A stretch of 64,000 nucleotides of DNA from a virus (Duplodnaviria > Heunggongvirae > Uroviricota > Caudoviricetes): the IMG/VR virus record IMGVR_UViG_3300031414_000001, positions 96,001 to 160,000 of that record; one strand, given 5' to 3'. Shown piece after piece: positions 28,301 through 37,830 of this stretch. A program made the position numbers and the translations under genes. Below the pieces are notes generated by a model. It had not been told where the DNA came from and made no database searches. It saw only the letters and a list, made by a program, of their open reading frames with translations. Position 1 is the stretch's first letter. Each line of letters opens with the position of its first letter.

Positions 28301-31300
28301 GCTTATGTTACTGATGAAAATGGTGATCTAGTTCCTAGTGGACTATGGGATACTACTTCTGGTCAAGGTGACGCAAGTACTGGTACAATCCTACATGGTA
28401 GTCGTGCTGGTCAATATGATCAATACAAACGTTTTGGTACACAACCATTTGAACTAGTTAGTACTGGTACATTTGCTTCTGATGGTGAAGAAATCTTCGA
28501 ACTAAATCTTATTGCTCCTGAAGTACTAGGTCTAGTTAGTGGTGCTCTATCTCATGTTAGTGAGCCTTGGGCTTACGGTGATATGGGTGAGATGGAATTC
28601 ACTTATATGAATACTGTAATGTACGCATACGATAAGGTTATGGCTCTACTACGTGCTAAACCAGGTCAATTTGCTAACTACTTCTATGATACTAAGGGAA
28701 GTACTATTCAAGAAATTACCAGTGATGGTTATCAATTCTTGTATGGTGAATCCAACAAACGTTTGAATTTCAACAGTACAGCTATTGTTCATGGTGAAAA
28801 TAATCAACGTATTCTTGGATACCAAACATGGGTAAGTGATTACCTAACGTATCAAAATAAAAACATAACTACAAACTATGGTGACATTCTTCGTTCGTCT
28901 TACATTAATGTCGGTCATCGTATTGGTGGATATACTAAACAAGATCAGCTAACATTCAGTTCTGATTCATTTGGTTTAGTGTCTCAAGAAAACCAACACA
29001 TCGGTCTAGTTAAGAGTTCTGCTTTCCGTGATGAAGCACTAAGTGCTGTTAAGATTCAATGGACAGGTTCTGGATTCGCAATTAGTGGATATGACCTTGT
29101 AGGTGCTAAACTAAATTATAAATTACCAAACAAAACTGGTCGTCGTGTATCAGTGACAGTTGGTAAACGTTCTGTTGTTCATTATAACGAGTACCTTGAA
29201 CAGTACGGTTCATATGAATATGGAACACTACTTAAGACTTTCCAAGAAGTTTATACCTTCTTGTGTGGTTACGGTGAATATCTGGAAGATAGAGGCTGGA
29301 TTTTTGAGGATGTTGATACTGATGGTGTTACTCAAGATTGGTCAGTAATTGGTAAAGATTTCATCTCATGGAGTGCAACATCTCCAGCAGTTGGTGAATT
29401 TATTTCCGTTTCTCCAAGTACTAAGAACGCAAAATTCGGTACTGCTTTCGGTTCAGTTCAATCCGTAACACAATTTAATGGTGGAGTATGGTCATTACTT
29501 GATGATACAAACACTGGTATTCGTCCATTTGAAATTGATACATCTCGTATCGGTAACGTATTCAGCGTTCGCGTTGAAGATGATATTGATAAGCGTATGG
29601 CTCTAATTCGCGTTAGCGTTGTTTCATATGAACATGCTGTAATCTTTGATGACAGAACTATCTTCGGAAACGACATTTATCTTCCTAAGTACGGTGTAAT
29701 ACATGAAATGCTTAAAATGTATGGATATGTAACCGGATCATGGAATGGTCGTCTAGAAGCTAAAGGATTCATTATCCTAGAAGCTGGTACAATGCCAGAT
29801 TTCGAAAAACTAGTTGATGACTTCAGAAGTTATTACGATACTGACCATCCAGTAGACAACGTTACTCTACGTAACCTTGCTCGTCATTTGATTGGATTCC
29901 AGACTCGTGATTATATTTCTCAAATGATTACAAGTGATACCTCACAAATTGATTTTTATAAAGGCTTTATCCGTGACAAAGGTACTAACCAAGTGTTTGA
30001 ACGTGTACTTCGTGTATCTAAATCGTACAACACTGATAACTACAAAGCGTTACAGGAATGGGCATTTAAAATTGGTGAATATGGTAATATCTACGGTAAG
30101 AAACACCTACAGTTCCAACTAATCAATAATGAGTTCGCTCAAGAACCTCAAATGTTTACATTTGATTCTCTAGCAACTTCTGATAGTACTGAGAACAATA
30201 TTGTGTACTACGGTACTCAAGGTGAAGATTCTCGCTGGATTACTCGTCCTAATGGTACATTTGCGTTCCCTACCCGTACAGGTAAGAGTGAGCGTATCCA
30301 TCTACCAGATATTGGACCAGTAACACTAGACGAAGTATCTTACAGTACTCGTGATTTTACTACAGCTTATGCTGACCGTCTATCCTTTATCACTAATACG
30401 GATACAACACCTACTTCGGTATGGGTATTCCGTGATATGGATAACAACTGGAACATTTATGAACTAGAAAATACTGGAATCACTCTTTCTTCTATTACAC
30501 CAATTGGTGAAGATAGTTATACCGGAAACCACTGTACTTTACAACTAAGTGCGGCACACGGTATGGAAGATGGCGATTACTTCTTCTTCGTTGACGAATC
30601 TGAATATATGCCAGATTTGCTAAAAGCGGAAACTCAGTACTTTACAACTGGATCTGATCCAACTAGCTTCGTAATTCCATTGAACGTAACTAATACTATC
30701 AGTTTCGCAGACAATAATCCAGTACTATATCGTTATGTCAATCGTTTCAGCACTGCTGCCGAGAAGACTGCGTATACTACTCAGAAATATTCCTACGAAG
30801 CACCGGAAAGTACTTTGTTCGTTCGCCCAACTACGTACAATAATGAAACTAACGTGACTGAATTGTACATGAACGTCTATGACCCAATCAACGGAGTTAT
30901 CCCTGGTAGCATCATGGCTGACGTAACTTACGTAAGTCCAGTTGACCCTGCTAAGTATAACAGTGAAGATGAAACGGTACAAGCATGGGGTTCAGAAAAA
31001 GTTGGTTTAGTATGGTGGAATACAACTAATGCGTTCTTTATGGACTATACCCGTCCAATTTATGCTGCTGATGGTACAGTGGATGAAGAAGCAACCAATA
31101 GCTATAAACGCTATAATTGGGGTAAACTACTACCAAATTCTGAAATTAACGTTCTAGAATGGGTAGCATCTCCATATCCTCCATATGAATGGGATAAGTA
31201 CTGTGAACGTCAGGCTAAGTTAAACAAGGATAATACAGCTTGGGTTCCAAGTGGTGAAGCAATTGAAGACTTCTTCTCCGTATTCCAAGAATACGATGAA

Positions 31301-34300
31301 AGTACTAATGCTTATAAGACAGTTTACTATTTTTGGGTTAAAAACGCAATCTACGTTCCAAAAGTTAAGAACCGTAATAAACCATGTAATGAATTGGCAC
31401 GTACAATTCAAGATCCATCGCTACTAAATGCTCCTTGGTTCGCACCAATTAGTACTAATTCATTCATCATCAGTGGACTTCAACAAGAAATCACCGATGA
31501 TAAGAGCATTCTAAGTATTACATATCAAAATGATGCTACTGAAGTTGTGAAACATGAACAGTATCAACTATGTAAAGAAGGAATGGATTATAATTTCAAC
31601 CCTGTTATTTGGAATTCAATGTGGAATTCTCTACTATCTCAAGAAACTCTACCTAATGGTACAGTACTTGAATTGAATTATCCAACTAACGATAACGGTA
31701 TTTTGCCTGGAGAAACTTGGTTCCAAGATGTGATTGAAGCACGTAGAACCTTCGTAGATTCAGCTAACGCAATTTACAAAACAACTAACGTAACAACTGA
31801 CGCAGTAACAATGGCTGAAGTGTTTAACGTGAAAACTGTAGAAGAAAACCCAAATCTTATCAGTTTTAAAGTACTAAACTATAATAACGAACTTGTAATT
31901 AATCCATCAACTGATGCTTTCGTTGAAAATGACGCAGTATTAGTGAGTTCAAATGGTACTCTACCATCGCCGTTGGATTCATCAACTGTGTACTTCGTAC
32001 ACTTCGATGAAAACAATTACATTCGTTTAATGAACTCTCCAAGTACTGGAGGTACAGCAGTTTACATTACTCTAGAAAACCGTGGGGAAGGTCAGCATAA
32101 AATGATCAAGCAAGCTGACTATATTGAATCCCTTGGAACTTCTCTTGATATGACTCAATACTGGTCACTAGCTGATTGGTACGCAGTTGGTTACGACGAG
32201 AACACTACATACACTGATGAAACAAGCATTGATGTAGCGAACACTAAGAACTATCAAGAAGGTGACGTGATTCGTATTCTTGATGCAGATGGTGTTTGGA
32301 CATTGTACGTTAAAACTATGTCTCGTGATGTAGTTATTTGGCAAGCTATTGCTCGTCAGAATAGTACAGTAGCATTGAACAACCAATTGTATAACGGTTA
32401 TGAGCAATATAATGCTGATGGTACATTGACTAATGTTGAAATTAACGTTCGTAAAGCACTAGCTCTACTTAAGAACTCTTTCAACACAACTCAAAGTCGT
32501 TTAGTATTTGATATGGTCAAGTATGTTCACACTGAACAAACTGTAGTATCATGGGTATTCAAAACTTCTTACATTTATATTGTTGGTTTAGAGCAATCTT
32601 TACAACAAAATAACAGTACTGATAATTTGATTAATCAAATTGTTGAGTATTTCGAAGAAGTTAAACCGTACAGAACAAAAATTCGTTCTCAGATTGAACA
32701 GAAAACTTCTGACACTGATGAAATGACTGGAATCAGCAATGATTTAGATCCTAACGGATACGTCTTCATCAATGGTGCTTGGGTTAAGACTCAATCAGAT
32801 ATTTGGGATCATGAATATGCTCAGTACAATACTACTACAGGTAAATGGGAAATTGTAGGTTCACTACCAAGTGATTTCGAATCACCAAATCGTAGATTCC
32901 AAGAATCTTATGAAATTTTGGTATATGATAACTTCCAATGTACACCAGATGCTGACCTAGCTGATGCCTTAACTTTAGAAGCTGTTAATAACTCATTTAT
33001 GAGTAACGCAGATGACCTTCTAAGTGCGGGCAATCATTATAAGCTACAACGTTATTCCTTTACCTATCCAGTGATTGATAACACTGCTATTGAACGTAAC
33101 GTGTTCTCTGGTATTAGTGCGATTTACACTGATATGGATTTAACACTAACTCTAGAAGAAGCTATTAAGGCTCAACTAGCTGAATATAAAGATGATATAG
33201 AAGCATCAGCACAATTTGAGAGTGATCTTCAAACTGTGTATAATTCAGTAATTAGTGCTGAACCAACTGTTACAACAGCAACACAATATAGTCAATACAA
33301 TACATTAGCAAACCGTCGCAGACTATACACCCAATTGAATGATAGTACTATTTCGCAAGAAATGAACTGTCCATTTAAAGGACGTGTACTTTCTGATAAC
33401 TTGAACACTCGTTTACCATTTGGTTACTCCGGTTCCAATGGTGAAACTTATGGATACAAGCTATATAGTCGTGACCTGTATGAAAAATTCGTAGAACTTG
33501 TTCTAGAAGCTAATCCAACATTCAGTACTGATGAAGTCAACAACTACCTAGTGTATGAGTATGGCTTATATCCTTGGATGTACGATATAGAAAATACAGA
33601 TGCGGCAACAGGTGTTTTAAATGGTAAAAACTACTTAGATACACTATATGTTTTGACAGCAATGTTAAACACATATAACTCTGAAGAAGTGGATACATTT
33701 GAAATTGCTCGTCAAATTTTGGCACAACCAACAATTGACATGTACTGTATGGTTATGATTCCTCGTAAGCTTGCTTATGTTAAGGATCTAAACACTGATG
33801 AATTCCTATCAGTTCCAATGGATACAAGCCTAGATGGATTTATGCAGGATGCTCTAATCGCTAATAACGATGTGATCGCAATGGCAGAAATAAATCTAAA
33901 TGATCTACCGCTTGATATTAACAATCCATTATATGATGAAATTCAAGATGTGCTAACCACTGTTAATGGTGCTCAGTACGTAAATGATGCTAACGCATTT
34001 GACAGCTTCGGCTTAGAGTCTCAAACTAAAAATATCGCATACTTCGCATCTGGAACAGTTAACGCTACTCAAGATCCAACGTTTGTGAATATTTCTGAAA
34101 TCAATCCACTAGGACTTGATTCAGCACAAATGAGATTCACCGTTAATGGATATGGTTACAGTACTACTGGTAATGAACAACTTAAATCCATTGGTAACTT
34201 CCAAATTGAAGGACATGTTCTGTTGAACCCTTACAATACTAAGGAAGCTATCGTAAGTATCCCACGCTATAATGAAGCAATTGATTATATGCAAAGGAAC

Positions 34301-35398
34301 TTAATTTCTAGAAATGAAATTCGTTACTCCTACAGAGTACAAGATATTATCAATACCACTGGTACTGTTCGTCTTGTTCAGGATAATGATTTCACTGTTG
34401 GTGAAAAAGTTATGGTGTTTACACCAGAAGCTTCTGACTATGATGTTAACATGGCTGATGGAACTTGGAAAACAATTCTACCAGTAGCTAATATCAAAAC
34501 TGGTACTAGACCAAAGATTTACACAATCAGTTCTGTAAGTAATGATACAATTCGCCTTGGTGGATTTACAACTTCCAGTATCTATGATAGTGAATCTGAT
34601 ACTCTTATGAACCCAGGACAGCCAACAGCAATCACTATTGTTAGAATCACCTCTTTCAACGATTCGTCGTTTACTAGTGGTGTTGCTAAGTACAGTACTG
34701 AACGTTCTTACCAAATTAACATTCTTGATTATGACTTGTTCTATGACAGAATGCTTAAGAGTGGAGCTTATACTGATACTTACAGTACTGATGATTATGA
34801 TGATTGGTATGTTTCTAATGAAATTGTTGAGGTGGATGGAGTTGAAGTTGACCACGGATACTATCTACCAATCTACGGTAAAGGTGTTCTAAGCGAACTA
34901 GTTCGTACTAAGATGGATGATAGTCTACAAATATTCGTTTACGAATACTCAGGCATCAATCCTGTTAAGAACGGTAATACTTGGACTTACAGTGGTACAT
35001 TAGTTGACAATGTTTATATCAGTGATAGAAACGCAGCATTGGTAGTTGCGATTTCGGATTCAGTACAACATATTGAATACGTAGCTACCCCAACACATGT
35101 TGAAAGTACTTCTATTACAAATGGTATCCTAACGAGTACGAATTCTGTCGATACAGATGTAGTCTCAGTTAATAACGAAATTGTGTTACTACGCAACAAC
35201 AATAACATGTTGAGAGCGATGTACGGTACAGTTGAAAACAATTATGAATCAGGAACAACATATACTAAGTTAGGTGTTATTCTTGGGAAAGAGGAAGATA
35301 TGGAAGTGTACGCTAACCATTATCCTCAAATACCTTTGAGTACATTTAGTAATGGTTATGTAGTGAGTGGAGCAGTAATTGGACAATTACTACAATAA
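25382..35398 (+). CDS. Giant (~3340 aa) baseplate wedge/structural protein (gp7 position)
   Basis: Single long ORF after gp6; ATAAATA at 25338-25344; GGAG SD; contains YFEEVKPYRTKIR, a wedge-like motif. Confidence 0.7.
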   Translation: MANEFKFQASKVAEAVNQKLFIKRLPEWMQGLEQIQMFCDDIIQQWFNPADEEIVDGYIGDRGSPAASGKIFLNELDLQRQDYQFSPAYVSRNDDTSVRSLQFYPDLVGYLEHYGALTENQARLLSGKYYSWTPPINPNKLQNFSSYLWDTENEYGISPDYIVMERGALNGNTWSLQNFWYTIGQTLPDGTVVTEQMAQGNRFRRAQVPIIEFNKNIELMNYGTRYRGDVDYLSDSIKPEDIVQKNVGNNVRVDGYVLQAGDRILFTSIGNAGENNRIYKVYIKQMADGTRVYGLVLDEDEETTARPTGEPLTGDVVLVRSGNVYGNTAVYWNGREWTEAQAKTGVNEFPLFQLYDKNGIKLDNSTAYPSSTFTGSNLFGLKINYNYGMDKIYQEHVELSEYNYYIFENFLQTVRYTYSKAGALTEIPGLYFYNVISEDTNGALVQNLNSDWVRSPEESKQTVRQVPEVTKSSMYRVFNTVSEMNLFKSPVENMYAYVIENDSTYKYYQPSNSTFMKWNIISDVAIQSDLYQSTYELAQKIDPTNTDETLEVFFNGAKTFDYTTTLTADGLVDSITFNSTTSIVEDSIIEIVTYSPTKVPDLDLGSYQIPINLQNNPYNDFVDYIHQGEYTPHFLDIIGKNITTGSVNDLNNYELRLEAGLVDNSVGTKIIQNETSLLPLMLHSANENLDLFSAIIFTQYEYFRFKNKFNTQMMKMYTSDPASFMAESASNIVDLIFSAINVGKDNTFPFALDNVGSNTTTNKTFIPPTPQFLGILKAYTPEKATYVHVGSSIGCYNIDHMGVISKAYRVINGVDLMDDVLYELENRIFNSIDNTFKAIDFVPSMDSDFLKPTPYFENTAYTSDEYNSLELRGYVNFIATQGIDNSTHSYDQSNWMTWNYTGTTYVVNGQPTEIPARGSWRAIYTDMFGTYRPATHPWEMFGFSQRPDWFNQEYEPTKVRLGTATTEYVYVYPAYVTDENGDLVPSGLWDTTSGQGDASTGTILHGSRAGQYDQYKRFGTQPFELVSTGTFASDGEEIFELNLIAPEVLGLVSGALSHVSEPWAYGDMGEMEFTYMNTVMYAYDKVMALLRAKPGQFANYFYDTKGSTIQEITSDGYQFLYGESNKRLNFNSTAIVHGENNQRILGYQTWVSDYLTYQNKNITTNYGDILRSSYINVGHRIGGYTKQDQLTFSSDSFGLVSQENQHIGLVKSSAFRDEALSAVKIQWTGSGFAISGYDLVGAKLNYKLPNKTGRRVSVTVGKRSVVHYNEYLEQYGSYEYGTLLKTFQEVYTFLCGYGEYLEDRGWIFEDVDTDGVTQDWSVIGKDFISWSATSPAVGEFISVSPSTKNAKFGTAFGSVQSVTQFNGGVWSLLDDTNTGIRPFEIDTSRIGNVFSVRVEDDIDKRMALIRVSVVSYEHAVIFDDRTIFGNDIYLPKYGVIHEMLKMYGYVTGSWNGRLEAKGFIILEAGTMPDFEKLVDDFRSYYDTDHPVDNVTLRNLARHLIGFQTRDYISQMITSDTSQIDFYKGFIRDKGTNQVFERVLRVSKSYNTDNYKALQEWAFKIGEYGNIYGKKHLQFQLINNEFAQEPQMFTFDSLATSDSTENNIVYYGTQGEDSRWITRPNGTFAFPTRTGKSERIHLPDIGPVTLDEVSYSTRDFTTAYADRLSFITNTDTTPTSVWVFRDMDNNWNIYELENTGITLSSITPIGEDSYTGNHCTLQLSAAHGMEDGDYFFFVDESEYMPDLLKAETQYFTTGSDPTSFVIPLNVTNTISFADNNPVLYRYVNRFSTAAEKTAYTTQKYSYEAPESTLFVRPTTYNNETNVTELYMNVYDPINGVIPGSIMADVTYVSPVDPAKYNSEDETVQAWGSEKVGLVWWNTTNAFFMDYTRPIYAADGTVDEEATNSYKRYNWGKLLPNSEINVLEWVASPYPPYEWDKYCERQAKLNKDNTAWVPSGEAIEDFFSVFQEYDESTNAYKTVYYFWVKNAIYVPKVKNRNKPCNELARTIQDPSLLNAPWFAPISTNSFIISGLQQEITDDKSILSITYQNDATEVVKHEQYQLCKEGMDYNFNPVIWNSMWNSLLSQETLPNGTVLELNYPTNDNGILPGETWFQDVIEARRTFVDSANAIYKTTNVTTDAVTMAEVFNVKTVEENPNLISFKVLNYNNELVINPSTDAFVENDAVLVSSNGTLPSPLDSSTVYFVHFDENNYIRLMNSPSTGGTAVYITLENRGEGQHKMIKQADYIESLGTSLDMTQYWSLADWYAVGYDENTTYTDETSIDVANTKNYQEGDVIRILDADGVWTLYVKTMSRDVVIWQAIARQNSTVALNNQLYNGYEQYNADGTLTNVEINVRKALALLKNSFNTTQSRLVFDMVKYVHTEQTVVSWVFKTSYIYIVGLEQSLQQNNSTDNLINQIVEYFEEVKPYRTKIRSQIEQKTSDTDEMTGISNDLDPNGYVFINGAWVKTQSDIWDHEYAQYNTTTGKWEIVGSLPSDFESPNRRFQESYEILVYDNFQCTPDADLADALTLEAVNNSFMSNADDLLSAGNHYKLQRYSFTYPVIDNTAIERNVFSGISAIYTDMDLTLTLEEAIKAQLAEYKDDIEASAQFESDLQTVYNSVISAEPTVTTATQYSQYNTLANRRRLYTQLNDSTISQEMNCPFKGRVLSDNLNTRLPFGYSGSNGETYGYKLYSRDLYEKFVELVLEANPTFSTDEVNNYLVYEYGLYPWMYDIENTDAATGVLNGKNYLDTLYVLTAMLNTYNSEEVDTFEIARQILAQPTIDMYCMVMIPRKLAYVKDLNTDEFLSVPMDTSLDGFMQDALIANNDVIAMAEINLNDLPLDINNPLYDEIQDVLTTVNGAQYVNDANAFDSFGLESQTKNIAYFASGTVNATQDPTFVNISEINPLGLDSAQMRFTVNGYGYSTTGNEQLKSIGNFQIEGHVLLNPYNTKEAIVSIPRYNEAIDYMQRNLISRNEIRYSYRVQDIINTTGTVRLVQDNDFTVGEKVMVFTPEASDYDVNMADGTWKTILPVANIKTGTRPKIYTISSVSNDTIRLGGFTTSSIYDSESDTLMNPGQPTAITIVRITSFNDSSFTSGVAKYSTERSYQINILDYDLFYDRMLKSGAYTDTYSTDDYDDWYVSNEIVEVDGVEVDHGYYLPIYGKGVLSELVRTKMDDSLQIFVYEYSGINPVKNGNTWTYSGTLVDNVYISDRNAALVVAISDSVQHIEYVATPTHVESTSITNGILTSTNSVDTDVVSVNNEIVLLRNNNNMLRAMYGTVENNYESGTTYTKLGVILGKEEDMEVYANHYPQIPLSTFSNGYVVSGAVIGQLLQ

Positions 35399-35399
35399 T

Positions 35400-35432
35400 A
35401 AAAAAGGGAGCCATTGGCTCCCTTTTTGTTTT
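35400..35432. terminator. Bidirectional intrinsic terminator
   Basis: AAAAAAGGGAGCC-att-GGCTCCCTTTTT. Confidence 0.85.
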
Positions 35433-37726
35433 TATACTAGTTTGATTTCGCCGTCTACGAAATCGAAGGTCGCAGTACCGCCTTTCTTCAGAGAGCCGAT
35501 CAGCATCTCTTTAGCCAGTGGTACACGAATCTTATCGTTAATGATACGTTTCATCGGACGAGCACCCATTCCTGGAGTTACACCCTTCTCTGCCAGTTCT
35601 GCTTTAGCAGAATCAGTCAGAACGATATGAACGTTACGGGAAGCTGTTTCACCGTTCAGTTCACCAATGAACTTATCAACTACGCTCAGAATTACATCTG
35701 AACCCAACTCGTTGAACTTCACAATACCGTCGATACGGTTAATGAATTCTGGTGGTAAGTGTTGCTTGATAGCAGCATCCATACCATCATCACCGGAACT
35801 ATCCATACCCATTGACAGTACTGAAGCATCACGAGCACCTAAGTTGGTGGTCATAATGATAGTAACGTTGTCGAAGTGTACGGTCTTACCGTGTGAACCA
35901 GTCAGGCGGCCTTCGTCCATTACCTGGAGGAAAGTCAGAAGTACTTTCTTGTTCGCCTTTTCGATCTCGTCCAGCAGTAAGATACAGTTCGGGTTCGCCT
36001 CAACTTTGTCAAGCAGCATACCGTTACCAGCGTCATGACCTACATATCCTGGAGGTGAACCAATCAGTTTAGATACGTTGAACTCTTGAGCGAATTCGGA
36101 CATATCGAAGCGAATCAGTTCTTGACCCATAGAGTCAGCCAGAGCTTTAGTCAGTTCAGTTTTACCAGTACCAGATGGTCCTACAAACATGAATGCACCC
36201 TGGATAGTACTCTTACCACGCAGACCAGCACGAGCAACCATTACGTTCTCTACCAGTTTTTCAACTGCCTGATCCTGTCCGAATACTTTCTTACGCAGGT
36301 TATCACCCAAGTTCAGCATACGATCTGATTCTTCACACGCAACGATTTCCAGAGGAATGTTAGCGATACGTGATACTTCACCTTCAATATCAGCACGGAC
36401 AATGGTCTTAGCTGGTGATGGTTTAGTACGGTTACGAGCACCCGCCGCATCCATAAGGTCAATAGCCTTATCAGGGAAACGTTTGTTCTGAAGGAACTTG
36501 GTACTCAGTTCCAGTACTGCTTCCATTGCTTCAGGTGTGAAAGTAACACTATGGAACTTCTCGTAAGTGGCTTTAACACCTTCTACGATCTGACGGGTTT
36601 CGTCCAGAGTAGGTTCCAGAATATCAACTTTCATGAAACGACGCTGTAGTGCTGCGTCTTTTTCAATGTGTTTACGATATTCATCGTAAGTGGTAGCACC
36701 GATAACGCGAATCTCACCACGAGACAATGCTGGTTTCAGCATATTGCTCATATCCAGAGAACCGCCACCAGTAGCACCAGCACCCATAATAGTATGGATT
36801 TCGTCGATGAACAGAATCACATCGTCGCGACCTTTCAGTTCAGACAACAGATTTTCAACACGTTCTTCGAATTCGCCACGGTACTTAGTACCAGCAGTGA
36901 AAGCACCCATGTTCAGAGAAAGAATTTCAACATCTTTCAGATCTTCAGGTACATTGCCATCGGCAATCATCTGTGCTAAACCGTCGATGATTTGGGTTTT
37001 ACCAACACCAGGTTCACCAACCAGAGCACCGTTACATTTGGTCTTACGTGACAGAATCTGAATCAGATCTGCCAGTTCAGCAGTACGACCAATCAGTGGA
37101 TCGAGTTTGCCGTTTGCTGCCAGTTCAGTAAGGTTAGTTGTGAAACTTTCGATACTGCGTTTCTGACCATCACCTTTACGTGAAGAACGACCACCAGATA
37201 CAGAAGGTTTATCTTCTTTTTCCGGTTCTTCATCACGAGTAGCATCACGCAGATCAACATTATAGTTGCGGCTGTTGATGTAATTTTGTAATTCACGTGC
37301 TACAGCAGTACGACTCAGATCCAGTTCAGAGAGAGCGGTATCCAGAGCAGTATGTGGGAAAGACAGACATTCGAACAGAATGAAATACGCCTGAATGGTG
37401 TAATCATTTTCTTTCAGTTGTTCGATAACTGCTTTCTTCTGTAGTTCAACCATGATTTTAGTGATCATTGAAGATACAGGGGTCATATCTGCCCCAAGCT
37501 GTTCTTCAACAGAGAATGGAAGTACTGGTGCTGGGGAGTTCGTCAAGAAATCCACAATACGTGCTTTCAGTTTAGCAGCATCTACGTTAATGTCTTCCAT
37601 GAATTCAACAATGCTTGGTACATCAAGGGCAATAGCAGTCAGATGGTCTACAGTCATGATTGAATGACCCATAGAACGTGCTAATGATTCACCTTCTTGA
37701 TAAAAATCTTCAAAGCTATAGCTCAT
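35432..37726 (-). CDS. clpA: ClpA-like AAA+ unfoldase (two AAA modules)
   Basis: LDPLIGR, GEPGVGKT, LFIDEIH, DAALQRRF, PDKAIDL, GPSGTGKTE, RFDMSE, LLDEIEKA, GARPMKR; no ClpB middle domain. Confidence 0.92.
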   Translation of the reverse strand: MSYSFEDFYQEGESLARSMGHSIMTVDHLTAIALDVPSIVEFMEDINVDAAKLKARIVDFLTNSPAPVLPFSVEEQLGADMTPVSSMITKIMVELQKKAVIEQLKENDYTIQAYFILFECLSFPHTALDTALSELDLSRTAVARELQNYINSRNYNVDLRDATRDEEPEKEDKPSVSGGRSSRKGDGQKRSIESFTTNLTELAANGKLDPLIGRTAELADLIQILSRKTKCNGALVGEPGVGKTQIIDGLAQMIADGNVPEDLKDVEILSLNMGAFTAGTKYRGEFEERVENLLSELKGRDDVILFIDEIHTIMGAGATGGGSLDMSNMLKPALSRGEIRVIGATTYDEYRKHIEKDAALQRRFMKVDILEPTLDETRQIVEGVKATYEKFHSVTFTPEAMEAVLELSTKFLQNKRFPDKAIDLMDAAGARNRTKPSPAKTIVRADIEGEVSRIANIPLEIVACEESDRMLNLGDNLRKKVFGQDQAVEKLVENVMVARAGLRGKSTIQGAFMFVGPSGTGKTELTKALADSMGQELIRFDMSEFAQEFNVSKLIGSPPGYVGHDAGNGMLLDKVEANPNCILLLDEIEKANKKVLLTFLQVMDEGRLTGSHGKTVHFDNVTIIMTTNLGARDASVLSMGMDSSGDDGMDAAIKQHLPPEFINRIDGIVKFNELGSDVILSVVDKFIGELNGETASRNVHIVLTDSAKAELAEKGVTPGMGARPMKRIINDKIRVPLAKEMLIGSLKKGGTATFDFVDGEIKLV

Positions 37727-37760
37727 GTGCTTCTCCTTGGTTTATTTTGTTCACTTGTAC

Positions 37761-37789
37761 ATTATAGCACAAAATTTTTCGTCGTTCCA
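37761..37789 (-). promoter_or_regulatory. Promoter TGGAACG-N11-TGTGCTATAAT for clpA
   Basis: Consensus copy 35 nt upstream of the clpA ATG. Confidence 0.8.
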
Positions 37790-37830
37790 AAAATAAATAC
37801 GATATAAATTTCTTTTTGGAGATTAAGAAT

